DNA of 64,000 nucleotides from Hydrolagus colliei (lineage: Eukaryota). The stretch spans positions 24,242,001-24,306,000 of the forward strand of contig CM068747.1 of the NCBI GenBank assembly GCA_035084275.1. The letters run 5' to 3'. Position numbers and translations under genes: made by a program. The first letter of the stretch is position 1; each line of letters starts with the position of its first letter. This document shows positions 1-12,137 of the stretch, piece after piece. The notes under the pieces were generated by a model. The model was not told the DNA's origin. It searched no databases and saw nothing but the letters and a program-made list of their open reading frames with translations.

Positions 1-1756
1 ATTGTGCCACAGAAACACACAGTTGAGTGACTTTGCATATGTGCAGCTAGAGAATATATGCAAAGTAGATGAACGATATATATCCTTTGCAAAAGATTTG
101 GACAGTGTGTTATAGAATGCAGGTCGACTAATTTATTCTACACTGCGAGAAGGTGGAGGAATTAATTATATTGTATAAACTGGATATGATACCATTGAAA
201 TGAGTGATACAATCTGTTTCCAATGTCCGTTCTTATTCCTATAACAATTAATGAATGGCACAGCCTCAGTAAATGACAAGTGTTTTTATATCTGTGAAAT
301 CAATGCTCTGTTCAGATGCAAAATAATTTACATTTAAGATTTTGCATGTAATTACTGATATGGAAATTGTGAACAATTTGTATTTTCACAGTGCTTGGTT
401 TTAGAGTATGGTTATTAATAAATATCAAATGGATGCTTAATTCAAGCAATTAAGAATGTAATCACACAAAATAATGTAATGAAAGTTAATTGCTGCTGGA
501 TGAGTAAATAGACAGCAGATTAAAGCAACACACTCTAGAATTATTACATTTATCAGGAGAAGCTTTCTGACCCTGTGTGACAGGCATCACTAGGATTCTT
601 AATTAAATGTAACTCAATCTAATAATGGAGATGTATTTTGCAACACATGTTAGGAATATAAAGGGTCAGTGACAAAGCGAAGGGAGTGTCCCAGGAATTA
701 TACTCACCTTCCCCTCGACCTCCCAGCATAATGTGAGAAAGGTACAGCATTTGATTAATTTAAAACGTAATATTTCTCTTTCCGTGTTTCATTATCTTCC
801 TTTTCCCCTGTTTCTGATCGGTGGGAACATGTTGACAAAGCCATTATTTGAAAAGCCAAACAAACGCTGTGCCAATCTGCACATTCGCGAGGCTCGGAGC
901 TCAGTGTAAATGTTCCCAGTGCTAGATTCTGCACTTGAAATCTCAGTTTTCTTCATTTTTTTTCCGCGTGTTCAAATGTACCAAACCGCTACATGTCTGA
1001 ATCCTTGCGACTCCTCGCTGCAACCTCTCAAATAGGTGTCTGTTGTTTTGAAGCCTGCGGGTAAAATACTGACAGCAAGGTTTTACACAACACTGCCGAT
1101 AATTTCAAGATATCACGATTGGATCAAAAATAATACAAAATAACCCTTATTTATTTCCAATTGACAGCTTACTATTAGCAGTGTGACCAAAGAGGCACAC
1201 ACATCAATTCCAGTCAGGATAACGGGGCTCTAATTGGTGTGAGAGAATGCTGAGAGCTTTTTATTTGTTGATATGAGGAACCAGAAAGACACCACAGACA
1301 GACTTTGCTGGATGTGAAGGCAGCTTTTCCTGCTGTGATTTTCCTACCCTGTTTTTTTTACACACACACACACACTCCGTATCTCTAACACAAAATGGAG
1401 TGCTACTGCAAGTCAGTACAGAAAAGGGCCTGCTTACTGAAGTGGCACAGGCTTTAATAGCTGTGTCTGACATTCCTACACTGTGTGGTTTGCCTGGCAC
1501 CATGTTTATGGTGTAAGGTCTCCTCCCAATCCATCCAGTTCGACTGTGATTTCATTGCTTGGATTAAGCCCAGGAAAAATTCATTATCACCATGACATAT
1601 TCATTTCACCCACCTCCATCTTGTGCTTCTTTCTACTGGATATTTATTAAGTTTGTTTTTTGTACCTCGGGTTTGCAGCTGCTCTGAATTCAAATGCATC
1701 ATATGCAAGAGTCGCTGTTTACAGAGACCATGATAAGGCGATTTGTCAAATGCAGT

Positions 1757-1872
1757 AACAACAACAAAATTACAATTGTATGGAGCCTTTCACGTTGGGA
1801 GGACGTTCCAAGACACTGGACAGACAGTATTTTGGAACCGAGCTGGGGGCTGAGTTTGGGGAGGGTGGAGGG
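1757..1872 (-). mobile_element. L2-type LINE 3' tail fragment
   Basis: Reverse strand reads ...ccagtgtcttggaacgtcctcccaacgtgaaaggctccatacaattgtaatt(ttg)n, the same tail as the L2 copies at 17609, 35175 and 50078. Confidence 0.85.
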
Positions 1873-2106
1873 CAACAACAACAACAACAACAACAATAAA
1901 ATTACATTTGTAGAGCACATTTCACATTGGGAGGACATCCCAAAGCAGGTGGAGAGGTAGATTGATCGAAAGCAAGGTCGAAGAAGAGGGGTTTGAGGTG
2001 GGTCTTTTGAAGGAGGTAAGGGATGGGGGTAGAGGAGGTGGGATTGTGGGATGGAGTTACAGAGGGTGGGGGCAGAGTGGCTAAAGACCGGCCCACCAAT
2101 GGTGGA
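1873..2106 (-). mobile_element. L2-type LINE 3' end with ORF2 C-terminal remnant
   Basis: Minus strand encodes, across frameshifts, STIGG.VFSHSAPTL.NSIP and KTHLKPLFFDLAF, typical of the L2 ORF2 C-terminus. It is followed by the tail stem-loop and (ttg)n. Confidence 0.85.
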
Positions 2107-2201
2107 TTATTATTTATGCAAAAAATATTATTATTAATGCATTATTATTAATTACTAATAATACAAGGATTCTTCTTCTTATTATTATTATTATTATTAT
2201 T
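2106..2201. repeat. (TTA)n-rich low-complexity tract
   Basis: Several attatt runs, including (tta)n at ~2179-2201. Confidence 0.7.
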
Positions 2202-3233
2202 ACAGCAGCATCCAGAATGTCTACCATACAAAATGTGTTGGTAAGTTTAATACAACAGTGAATTTATACATTCCCACACTGGTGGCCCAATATTAACATT
2301 GGCAGGTTACTGTTCCTTTAAACACACTGTTTTAAACATCAGATGGTACGTGGGTCCCATTTGATGCCTTGTTTTATTCTGTGGGCAAAGTGCTACGTAA
2401 ACACTTTAGGAATTTGGACTAACAGGTCTGGCATGAATTTAATTATCCATGTTGACCAGGCAACGTAAAATGGTATCATTGGCATAGGGTTTTACTAGGA
2501 ATACGTGTACAGTACTGTATATGATAAATGGACATAATATAATTCAACATAAACTTTCACCTCTATGTCACGTGTGCAGGCAACTAAGCCAAGGTAGAGG
2601 GCGGTTTCAATTGCAATTACACTTTCTGTGCATTTGCAACAAGTGTTTGTTTGTTTACTGCAGACAGGCTTACGTTTGTCCACCAAGTTTGGGGAGCAAG
2701 TAATGGTTGGTGACTACAGTCTGTGTCTGGTGAGCAAGGTGATAACATTGGAATGCCATGTATATATACGGTTTGTTTGCAACTGCAGAGCGAGATTTTA
2801 CACTCTGATCAAAAACAGACTGCGTACACAACATGCTGCTGCACATTTATGGAAACAAATGTCTTGCTATGAAAGTAATACATTGCCTGCCTTTTGCTGT
2901 CTATTTATCTTAAAGTCCCTGCTAAGTAAATGCCTCCATTTCTGTGCAGCTTTCTCATCCAAAGCAGCAGGATTAATCTAACACCATAAAAGTTGTCATA
3001 AAAGTTCAAGCTCTTTTACGGCAGTGTAAAAGGAACTCTCCCTGTTCTGGTTTACTTTTTTTGGGAGCAAATCCAACATGAATGAGATATTTTCCAGTCT
3101 CTTGCATGGTAGGAAAGCATCGGATGGAATCACACAATCTGGATTGATACTCGTCAGCGGAGTAAATGCGACTGTAAGTACAAAAGATACAGACATTATA
3201 AAGATGGTCACATTCGAAAGCGCTCACCCGCAA

Positions 3234-3510
3234 AATAATAATAATAATAATCCTTGCATTTGATAAAGCGCTTTTCACGTCTTCTAGACGTCTGAAAGAG
3301 CTTCATGGAATATTCTGTAAAGTGAATTGACTGTATGTATGTGGGCAAAACGCAGCAGCCAATTGTGCACATCAGTGTCCCACAAACAGTCGTGGATTGA
3401 AATGACCAATTTCATATTGTTTCATTTTGAGGGATTATTATTAGGCGTGTGGAGTAAGGAAACTTGCCCAAGGTTTCGCGTCGCCTGGAATTGAACCCAG
3501 GTGTCTTGCA
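3234..3510 (-). mobile_element. tRNA-derived SINE (young (ATT)n-tailed family), near full length
   Basis: B-box ggttcaattcc, body ggtcatttcaatccacgactgtttgtgggacact, tail atcaaatgcaagg(att)n on the minus strand. Confidence 0.92.
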
Positions 3511-3614
3511 GCAAATATACAGTCAATTCACGTTACAGTATGTTCTGTGAACTCTTAGAGATGTCTCGAAGACTCAATAAAGCGTTATATCAAATGCAAG
3601 GATTATTATTATTA
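3511..3614 (+). mobile_element. SINE 3' fragment
   Basis: aaatatacagtcaattcac...tatcaaatgcaaggattattattatt. Confidence 0.9.
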
Positions 3615-5066
3615 TAAAATGACAATAATCCTGACTAAATTGACATCTACTGATTGCTTTATTTTTAATCTCTTTTTAGGGAGTTTTTTAAAAAAACTTG
3701 AAGCCGATTTTTTAAAATGTTACTGCAAACCTCTTATTTCAACTACTGTCAGATCATTGCATCTTTTACAGGATTTTCCCTTCCGTCTACTTTTGAATTG
3801 AAAAAAAGTACAACACATGAAAATGCCAGCTATGCAGCTAAGGGGCCTGTGTTCAAGGTTTAATTGCCACAGGTCACAGAAGATCATCGTGCAACATCAC
3901 ATTAACAGACGATAATGTCACTTAAACAAATGTGCTTAAATTGAAAAGCCTTTAATCTGGTTACCTTTACTTTCAGTTAATAGCTATGGACAAGGCCACA
4001 CACACTGAGCAGGAACACTGGACAGGCATCAATTTGAAATGGTTAATATATAGCTTAAGAGGGAGATGAACAATAATACATTCATTTTTAAACATTGTCA
4101 GAGTTAAATGCTGGATAGATGGTTGCAACATATTGTGCAAGTTCTTTCCTGTTCTGGTGCAATTAAAGATTGAACTAAATCTTTGGGATCTAGTTTGGCC
4201 GGAAAGTCTAGTCATTCATTCACGGGAATCAAATGTATCCCTTTGCTCGTGAACCGTCTATCTGACAATATAACTGTGTTTGGATTCCATTAGGACAGGA
4301 TGATCTATTTTAAGATCCATTGTACAAGGGCTCCCAATTGGATGCAAATACTGTAAAGCTTTAAGCAGTTGATACATGCAGGGACTCCATTCAGCATAAT
4401 TCACAGCATGTTGCGTATTTATACTTGGTTTACTTGATTAGCAAAAGGGCAGGTAAGCAAATGACAAAGTTTGATAAACCCTTGAAAATAGATGATGTCA
4501 GAAAATATATTCAATTATGTCACATTGCAGTTTGAAAGCTTTTCACTGCTGGAGATAATGCATGTATCAGAGGTGCCCTCTATGCTTCAAGCCTGATAGC
4601 ACACACTCAGCTATACGTCCAGCAGAACTCGCCCTACATTTTCACTCGAACAAAATATCTTCAGTCCTAGCAAGTCTGTCAGGAAATGGGTTCACAGGGG
4701 TATTTCCTTTACAGAGACAAGACATTTTTCTTCACAATGCCACACAGCAGGACTGAAAGAAGGAAACTGAGCTGGGTGTTAACTGAAAGTAAAGGCATTC
4801 ACAAAGTTTAATTCTGTCACAACAAAACTGGATTACCCCAAATACAAATTGAAGGCGAAACAGCCACTTGTGCAAAATGTGGTTGGATTAATGCAAACCT
4901 GGTTGGATGATGCCTCGGTCTGGTGTGTGAATACATTTTAAGTGACAACATTCAAACTTGTTTCTTTCCAGATGATTGTCCCATTCTTTATTTAAGTTAT
5001 TAATTTGGGATTAATAATAATCACAATAAATTTACATTTGAAATAGCATGTTATCACATCGTAAGT

Positions 5067-5290
5067 AAGTTTCCTTACTCCACACGCCTAGTAATAATCC
5101 CTATTTTTTTTTAAATTGGTCATTTCAATCAACGACTGTTTGTGAGACACTGCTTTGCGCAACTGGCTACTGTGTTTCACCCACACAAAAAAATACAGTC
5201 AATTCACTTTACAGGATATTTTGTGAGGCTTTTTGAGACATCTAAAAGATGTGAAAAGCGCTATATCAATTGCAAGGATTATTATTATTA
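5067..5290 (+). mobile_element. SINE, 5'-truncated
   Basis: aagtttccttactccacacgcct...caattgcaaggattattatt matches the family body and tail. Confidence 0.92.
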
Positions 5291-5689
5291 TCATTGAGAT
5301 GTTTGCTGTCTGGTTTGTGATTCAGGTGAATGTACAGAGGCAGCTCTGCCATTGCTATTTCCAAAAAACGTGGAGTCTTTCTCCCAGATTTCTTGGATTA
5401 CATTCACTTCTTAATCCAAATTAATTCTTCTTACTCAATATAGTAATGAATTGTACAGTAATAATTATTCATAAAAACCATATTATACTAAAGGTAATTA
5501 TGGCTTATGGCTAATTTCAAGTAGTTTTTACAAACAACACACATTGTGTTGATAGACAAATGTTTTTTTCATACACTTACACAGTTTTCTAATGTTGCCA
5601 GGTTGTCACTAAATAAAGCCTTGTCTGCATAATAGAGGTATCAGGAAAGATTTCTGAGAAATGCAGCCCTAAACTTTACCCTTTTGACA

Positions 5690-5811
5690 TTTTGCCCACA
5701 AAATGTACAGTAACATTAATAGTACATTAACTTTATAGTATATTCTGTGAAGCACTTTGAGATGTCTCAAAGACGTGATAAGCCGCTATATCAAATGCAA
5801 GGATTATTATT
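5690..5811 (+). mobile_element. SINE 3' fragment
   Basis: tattctgtgaagcactttgagatgtctc...tatcaaatgcaaggattattatt. Confidence 0.9.
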
Positions 5812-5955
5812 AACAACAACAACAACAAAATTACATTTAATTTCAGGAGGACGTCCCAAGGAGCTGAACAGTCAGGAGGGAGGGGAGGGGCAGAGTTGCG
5901 AATGGGCAGAAGGGAAAGAGTTGCCTCGGGAGGGGAGGGAGAGAGTTGGGAGGGA
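5812..5955 (-). mobile_element. L2 3' tail fragment abutting the SINE tail
   Basis: (aac)n aaaattacattt...ggaggacgtcccaagg followed by the purine-rich complement of the L2 3' UTR. Confidence 0.8.
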
Positions 5956-6529
5956 ATTATTACTATTAATAAAGAAAGGCTGGTCTGATTGGCTGGTACT
6001 GTTACTAAAATTAAGAGTTATTCGCCGACTGAGAACACAGTCTATGATGGGTAGAATCTGGAACTTCAAGCCAAAGTGGTGGAAGCAGCTGTTTCCAAGT
6101 TTCTTCACATTAAGATGGGTCATACCTCTCAGTAGATCAGTTTGTCATCTGTAGACACACGTTCAAGCAATAACATACTATTTATCTTTCTTGTGCCCTC
6201 CCTCCATACAATCCATTTAAGCAATGAACAATCACCTTTTAGTCGGGAATAGTCTTGCCATACGATTGAGAAATTGTTACCAGCTATCCTTCAACTGAGT
6301 AACATAGAAATATTGGGGTATGTGCGTTAATGTGAAATAATTATGGTATTATTTCCCTGTAATTTGCCGGTGAGAACAAAATTGTTTCTACATCATATTA
6401 GCCACGTGATGTCAATATATTGTCAGCACCTCCATAATGATCATCTTTATTACTCTGCTCTCTCTATATGCTATCAGGCTATCTCCTCCCTGCACAGTGA
6501 GTCTGCCATATATCATTAAAAGGTATATA

Positions 6530-6930
6530 TTAAATGGAATAATAAATGTCTGGCAGTGACTTTCAGGCAGTATTTCAATCGCAGGGTTCTGCTGGCGTTC
6601 ATAAACCGCTCGAGCTTAGCGCACTCCTAGTCATTTATTATCCCATATGTGTTTGATAACCCGCTGCATTCACTTTGCTGGCCACCTGTACCATCGGTTC
6701 CTTCAACTTCCCAAAGATGAAGACATTCCACACGACACTGACACGCAGGCTTTTGACGTAGTAATTTATTATTACGGAACGCTAATGATAAACACATCCT
6801 TTTGGTTTGATAAATGACTTGTATCAGTCGTTTGAGAGGCTTTCTTCAGCCTCAATGTTTTAATTGACTGAGTGGGCTTTTTAACTCGAAGCCTATATGT
6901 TTTGTTATTTTCCCGTCACTATTCCATTAA
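6530..6930. mobile_element. Ancient double-palindrome element, Eulor/Crypton-like non-autonomous DNA element (tentative)
   Basis: Arms 6534-6558 and 6622-6646 are reverse complements at 21/25 positions. A second, decayed palindrome at ~6765-6925 is centred on gaggc-tttcttca-gcctc. Ends read TTAA-ATGGAATA and TATTCCAT-TAA. Confidence 0.55.
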
Positions 6931-7444
6931 TTGCCTGCGCACCCACACAATCCTTCTTCAGGGGATGGGAACATTCCACCTTGCAGGACTCCGTCCATTG
7001 GGTTGCCATTGCACTTTTATTGAGTGGTCAGCTCTGCTGAGATGTGGGAATTCTGCCAGCTCACACACAGAGTTTAAATCGAAATTCAAAATTAAAATCT
7101 CTCAGAGAAAGATTCCTTGAAACGTACAAAACTATTGCAAGATTATCACAGAGCCAAGTATGATTACCGGGATATCTCGCCAGTTGAAATGCTCCCTTCT
7201 GAAGCAGCCTCATGTGTGAGTCCCTCCCAACCTTCCTCGTGCCTTTATCTAAGCGTTTTGCTTGTGTGAGGATGTGCAGAACCGTGTGGCCAAGGTACAG
7301 CATTTGACGGTGGTAGAAAAGGCATTGAAACAGAAGAGGCCCTGGGAGTGCCTTATGCTTTATACAGCGTATCCTGGAGTGAAACATTCCCTCTCTGTCC
7401 CCCTCTGTCTCCCCTACCTAACCTTCCACAGCATAGAATCGGAA

Positions 7445-7648
7445 TCCCTATAAAAAAAAAACAATAAATTGGTAATTTCAATCCACGACTGTTTGTGGGA
7501 CATGGCTGTGCGCATTTGGCCACAAAGTTTCGTCCACAAATATACGGTCAATTAACTTTACAGTAAATTCAGTGACGCACTTTGAGACGTCTCGATGACG
7601 TGAAAAGTACAGTATCAAATGCAAGGATTATTATTATTAATATTATTG
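7445..7648 (+). mobile_element. SINE, 5'-truncated
   Basis: ttggtaatttcaatccacgactgtttgtgggac...atcaaatgcaagg(att)n. Confidence 0.92.
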
Positions 7649-7839
7649 TTATCCTCTTCCCTCTCAATATTAGTCATGCTGCTGTCTGACTTGAGGATGG
7701 CCGACAAGAAGGAGCTGTGTGTGGATGAAATGATTTGGATTCATATTCATAACGTGGCTAACAGTAGCAATGACCAACATCACAACAACTTCCAGAAGAC
7801 AGTCACTCACACGCCGCAAATGATCAGGGTCAACATTCC

Positions 7840-7915
7840 CAGTCTATTCTGTGAAGCGCTTTCAGACGTTTCGACAACACGATAAGGCGCAATATCAAAT
7901 GCGAGGATTATTATT
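7840..7915 (+). mobile_element. SINE 3' tail fragment
   Basis: tattctgtgaagcgctttcagacg...gataaggcgcaatatcaaatgcgaggattattatt. Confidence 0.85.
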
Positions 7916-10184
7916 AAGCCTTTTCACTATTTTATCTTAAAAATTCTTGATCTCTGTTAGGATAAACCCTCCAGAATTTCAGGGCCTTTAGTTTCTTTAT
8001 TATATTAAAAACAAAAAGTTGTAGAAAGATTGCTGAGAGTTACTCACTAAAGCTCACTCACTAAAGCTACAGTCTCCGTCACAAAAGAGGTTGCATTGCA
8101 TATATCCATGAGGCTGTCAAAATCATTCTGAAATGGATAGAAGAGTTTGAACCCTTGCCTGATACCGAGAAGCCCCCTGCTGCTTACCTTACAGCAATAC
8201 ACTGTTAACAAGTGCCAGGCTGTTCTCACTCGTTGGAAGTGGTTTAATTTGGTCCACTGGACTTAATCCCTTTGAAATGTGAATGTTTACACAGAGATTT
8301 TACGGCGTTAAATTCTTTCCGTTGTGGCTGGAGTCCACTACCTTTCTTTGATTGTATTTAAAATAGACTTTTATCGCACTTGGGCGGGGAAAGTGAGATT
8401 TCTCTTTGGTAACATTGTATTTTCTGCCTTCGGGTTTTCTAGTGGTTATATTGTTTATATGTTTAAGTGCTAATTTTTAATGTGAAAATATAGACAGCCT
8501 ACCTATCAACCCTTTTTAAAAAAAAATTATTTACAGTCAGCAAAAAAAACATAACTGACAGGAAAACCTGCTTTGTCAGATAAACCGTTGTGGGACTCTG
8601 CCTTTGATTCTGTGTGGTCATATATTAACATAGTTTAGTGTCAGGTAAAGATTAATAATGGCTCATTGTAAAGTTCAAGTAATAAATAGTGCCTTTAGAC
8701 TACTTCAGTCATAACTCTTTGAAGTAGTGAAGTGCACTTTTTATGGTCCAGGTCTGATGGAAAGTTTCCCTGTCAATATTACCTAAACTGTCCAAACATA
8801 AAGCTGTGTTAAAACTGAGGCGGTTCTTGTTGAAGTCAAACTTAAACTTGAAGCATGATTCAGGGCTGAGAGTAAACGACAGGTTAATAATATGCTATAA
8901 TGAGTGCAATCGCACAGGAATATGCAATTATTTCCATATTTCACCGGTATTTATTTAGGTAAGAGCTGCATTCGTCTCACAGCAAAATAATGATATTGTA
9001 CTTTGCACAAGTTTTGGAAAGTTCATACAAAGCGGATTGAATGGAAAAATAAAATGCAATGTACAATACTTCAATAAATAGGAATAAAATACTACCTCCT
9101 GGAAAATAAATCTGCAAGCCTGATTAACCACTAGAAATTCTGCTCGTTTTTTAAATTTAAATAGATTGTTTAAATGTTTTATGCCTGAAAATGTTGGACC
9201 CTCTGGTGGTAACTATTGGAGTGTAATCTGACTTGTGACAATGCTGCCTTTGGCTAGAAAGTTGGTTGCTTCCTGCTACCCCCATCGGCATTTCCATGCA
9301 GGTTGCCGGTCTTGTGCTACACAGTTTAAATAAAAGAAAATATTTTCACAGCACAGCTATGTATAGAATGCCTGTTACAACTTGAGTAACTTGACATTTT
9401 CACATCATGGTCCTACAGTGATTAGATTCCACCTTATTTACTATCAATCAATAGCTTGTAGATCAGATCATGAAGGATGCTACCCATATATGTATATATA
9501 TAATAATTATTATCATACATGGGTCGGATTTATATATGTAATTGGTACCTCAATATATCCCTAAATCACTTGGCATGTTATTTAAAGCTGAACTGCACAA
9601 TTGGAAAATTCTTCCCATGATAATAATTCCTGTTCGAAGGAAAGAAAAATATTGTAGAAACGAGAACATTTCATATTCATTACATCATCAAAGGAAAACA
9701 CTGTGGTGAATAGACAGTGGCGGTAGATGAGAGATAAAGAGGATTGATCAAGCACATGCTCATGATCTGTCATGTCTTCACTGACAGACTCAGTCAACAC
9801 AGCGAGACACAGAGCGGAGGCCAAGGACAGGAAACCACAGACTGTGTCTTGCCCAGGTCACATCCTTTTGAGGCTTTTGGTTTGCTGGGTTCGGTAAACC
9901 ATTGATAATGCAAGTAGTTTGGAGACTGGCCTCCGCCTACCTCTCCCTGCACTGACTCAATATGTGATGGGCTGATTGGGATTTAGAAACACTGGAGACT
10001 CACAGCCCATAGCCAAAAATATCCTCGATAATTGCAAAAGCCTGCTTATCCCCCTGTTGCTGTTTCAGCCAACTTTCGCAATCATTGAAGAAATTGAGTA
10101 ATCTCCCCATTATTATTATTATTACAGCAGCCTATTGAGAATTAGGAGCCACTTAGAAAGTTGTAAATCCATTTAGTCCAACAC

Positions 10185-10224
10185 TCCCCTCCACCCCCCC
10201 CCCCCCCCCCCACCCCCACCCCCA
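10185..10224. repeat. poly-C tract
   Basis: Run of C interrupted by single A/T; G-quadruplex-capable on the minus strand. Confidence 0.85.
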
Positions 10225-11969
10225 TTCTATATTTTAGTGAACCAAACAAAACAATATTTTATCACATCTACTTTAATCTACTTTAAGATGGGCAAGTTAA
10301 ACTGTTAACCATGCAGCATGTCATATAGGATCATCACACCCTTTAGGGTTAAGGATATGTCTAAGGATTATGATTATGATTAGTATTGTTACTATTATTA
10401 TTATTACTATTATTAGCTGTCCAAAATTGCCTTGGATTGTTGAAGAACTGCCCAGCTTTGATAAGGTTCCTCAAAGTCTAGTCAGCCTTAAGCAGCCCCT
10501 ATTTACCTCCCTGTCGAGGCTTAAAAGGATATTTGTTGAGAGGACCATTCAGATTCTCACTGAGTTGTTGGTCCATGTCAATGAAAAGGAGCAGAATGTC
10601 AGAACAGCATCACCACAAAATAAGCTTATGAATACAGCAATCTTTACCGTCAGAGAAATGGCACATTGAAGCACACACAAAGGCACAACTTCAATTTACA
10701 TCGATGCTGGTATTTTTTTTATATATCCATTTGCTGTCCCCCATGAATCAACATATTGTCTTGCCAAGGTGTGCCGATTGGGGAAAATTAACTGCAACCC
10801 TTGAGAGTTTGTTGTTAATCTTTTCGGTCCCCCTTGCTGATCCATTTCCCACATCACAGAACATGTTTTATCCGCTGGGATTTGGCCTCCTGCTGGGACT
10901 ATTTCTCCTATTCCAGATCACTGTAAACCGAAAGCAGCTAACGTATAAATAATAGGAATTGATGATCAGTGAATTATCTACAGACTCATAGTTGCTACTC
11001 GTTTCTGATTTTTAAGGAAAACTTATTCGAAAGTGTTCACAGAACTATTTTGGTGAAACGATTTTGCCTGGAATTGTTCCCTTGACAGGTCCTTTACACA
11101 ATAACACACAAACACATGCAGACACTGGTGATGCAGCGCAGCGCATGATGTCTGCACAGTTTGGGGTCCAGATGTTTCTTGTGTTTGCTTAGTGGGCCAA
11201 AAAGAGGATATTTCTCCTGTGTTTTCGTGAAATTTCAAACTGATTTTTAACTCTTTGCCCTCAGCAAATGACTTGTCTAACTGAAAACTGTTTTGAGTTA
11301 GTGGAAGCTTTTTTCGATGAGGCACGAAGCAAGTTACTAATCACGGTGTAATAATATCATAGTTAGCCATCGTAATTGACAGCATTTGCAAACTGGACTG
11401 CACTAATTGTGACGTGCGATTTATGATTCAGCAAAAGATTCACAAATAATTGATGAACCAAAGTCAGTATTTGGTTTCCAACCTTTTTGTCAGATGTGAT
11501 GGGGCTTTTCTCAGTGATTTCTGTTTAGTGATGGTGTTAGTATAATATTACAAGCACCACATGATAGAGCGATATCAATGTAGAACAATTGCTTTGGAAT
11601 CAATGCCCCTATTGTGCTGTGTGTCAGATCACCAAAAACTAGGCATCAGAGTGAATTGACACATTTGTCAACTGTAGTGTGAGAGCCGAGACTGCGACAA
11701 CATGAATGAACTCCAGGGCCCTTGAGTCGAACCCAAGTTCAAAAGTTCCTTCTCCCAGCGAGGGGAAACTAGCTCACTGTAACTCACACCATCTGTGAAG
11801 CAGCAAGGATGGTAACAAAGGAACGTCTATGGCCCAAATCATTCGCACTCGAGAGTAAAACCATACCAACAGCGGAGAAAAATCACAATAAATGGGGCGA
11901 TAAGCAGCAAATAACTAGAAAGCACTTTCATGGTGGCACGACAATGTATTGAAGGTAAAGAAGCAAAAC

Positions 11970-12137
11970 AAATTGAAGTGACCTGTTTGTGGGGTCACTG
12001 CTGTGCGCAATTGGCTGCCGTGTTTTGCCCACAAATTATACAGTCAATTCACTTTACATGTTGCACTGTGAAGTGTTTCGAGATGTCTCGAAGACCCGAT
12101 GAGGCGCTGTTTGAAATGCAAGGCTTATTATATTATT
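11970..12137 (+). mobile_element. SINE 3' half
   Basis: ctgtttgtggggtcactgctgtgcgcaattggctgcc...gaaatgcaaggcttattat. Confidence 0.9.

Noticed and set aside
5747-6154. 135-aa ORF
   Set aside because: Reads through a SINE tail and an antisense L2 tail; no family resemblance.
9582-9824. ORF ending in LLSWEEFSN, faintly like SWIM/MULE-associated N-termini
   Set aside because: The match is too short and the frame stops immediately afterwards.
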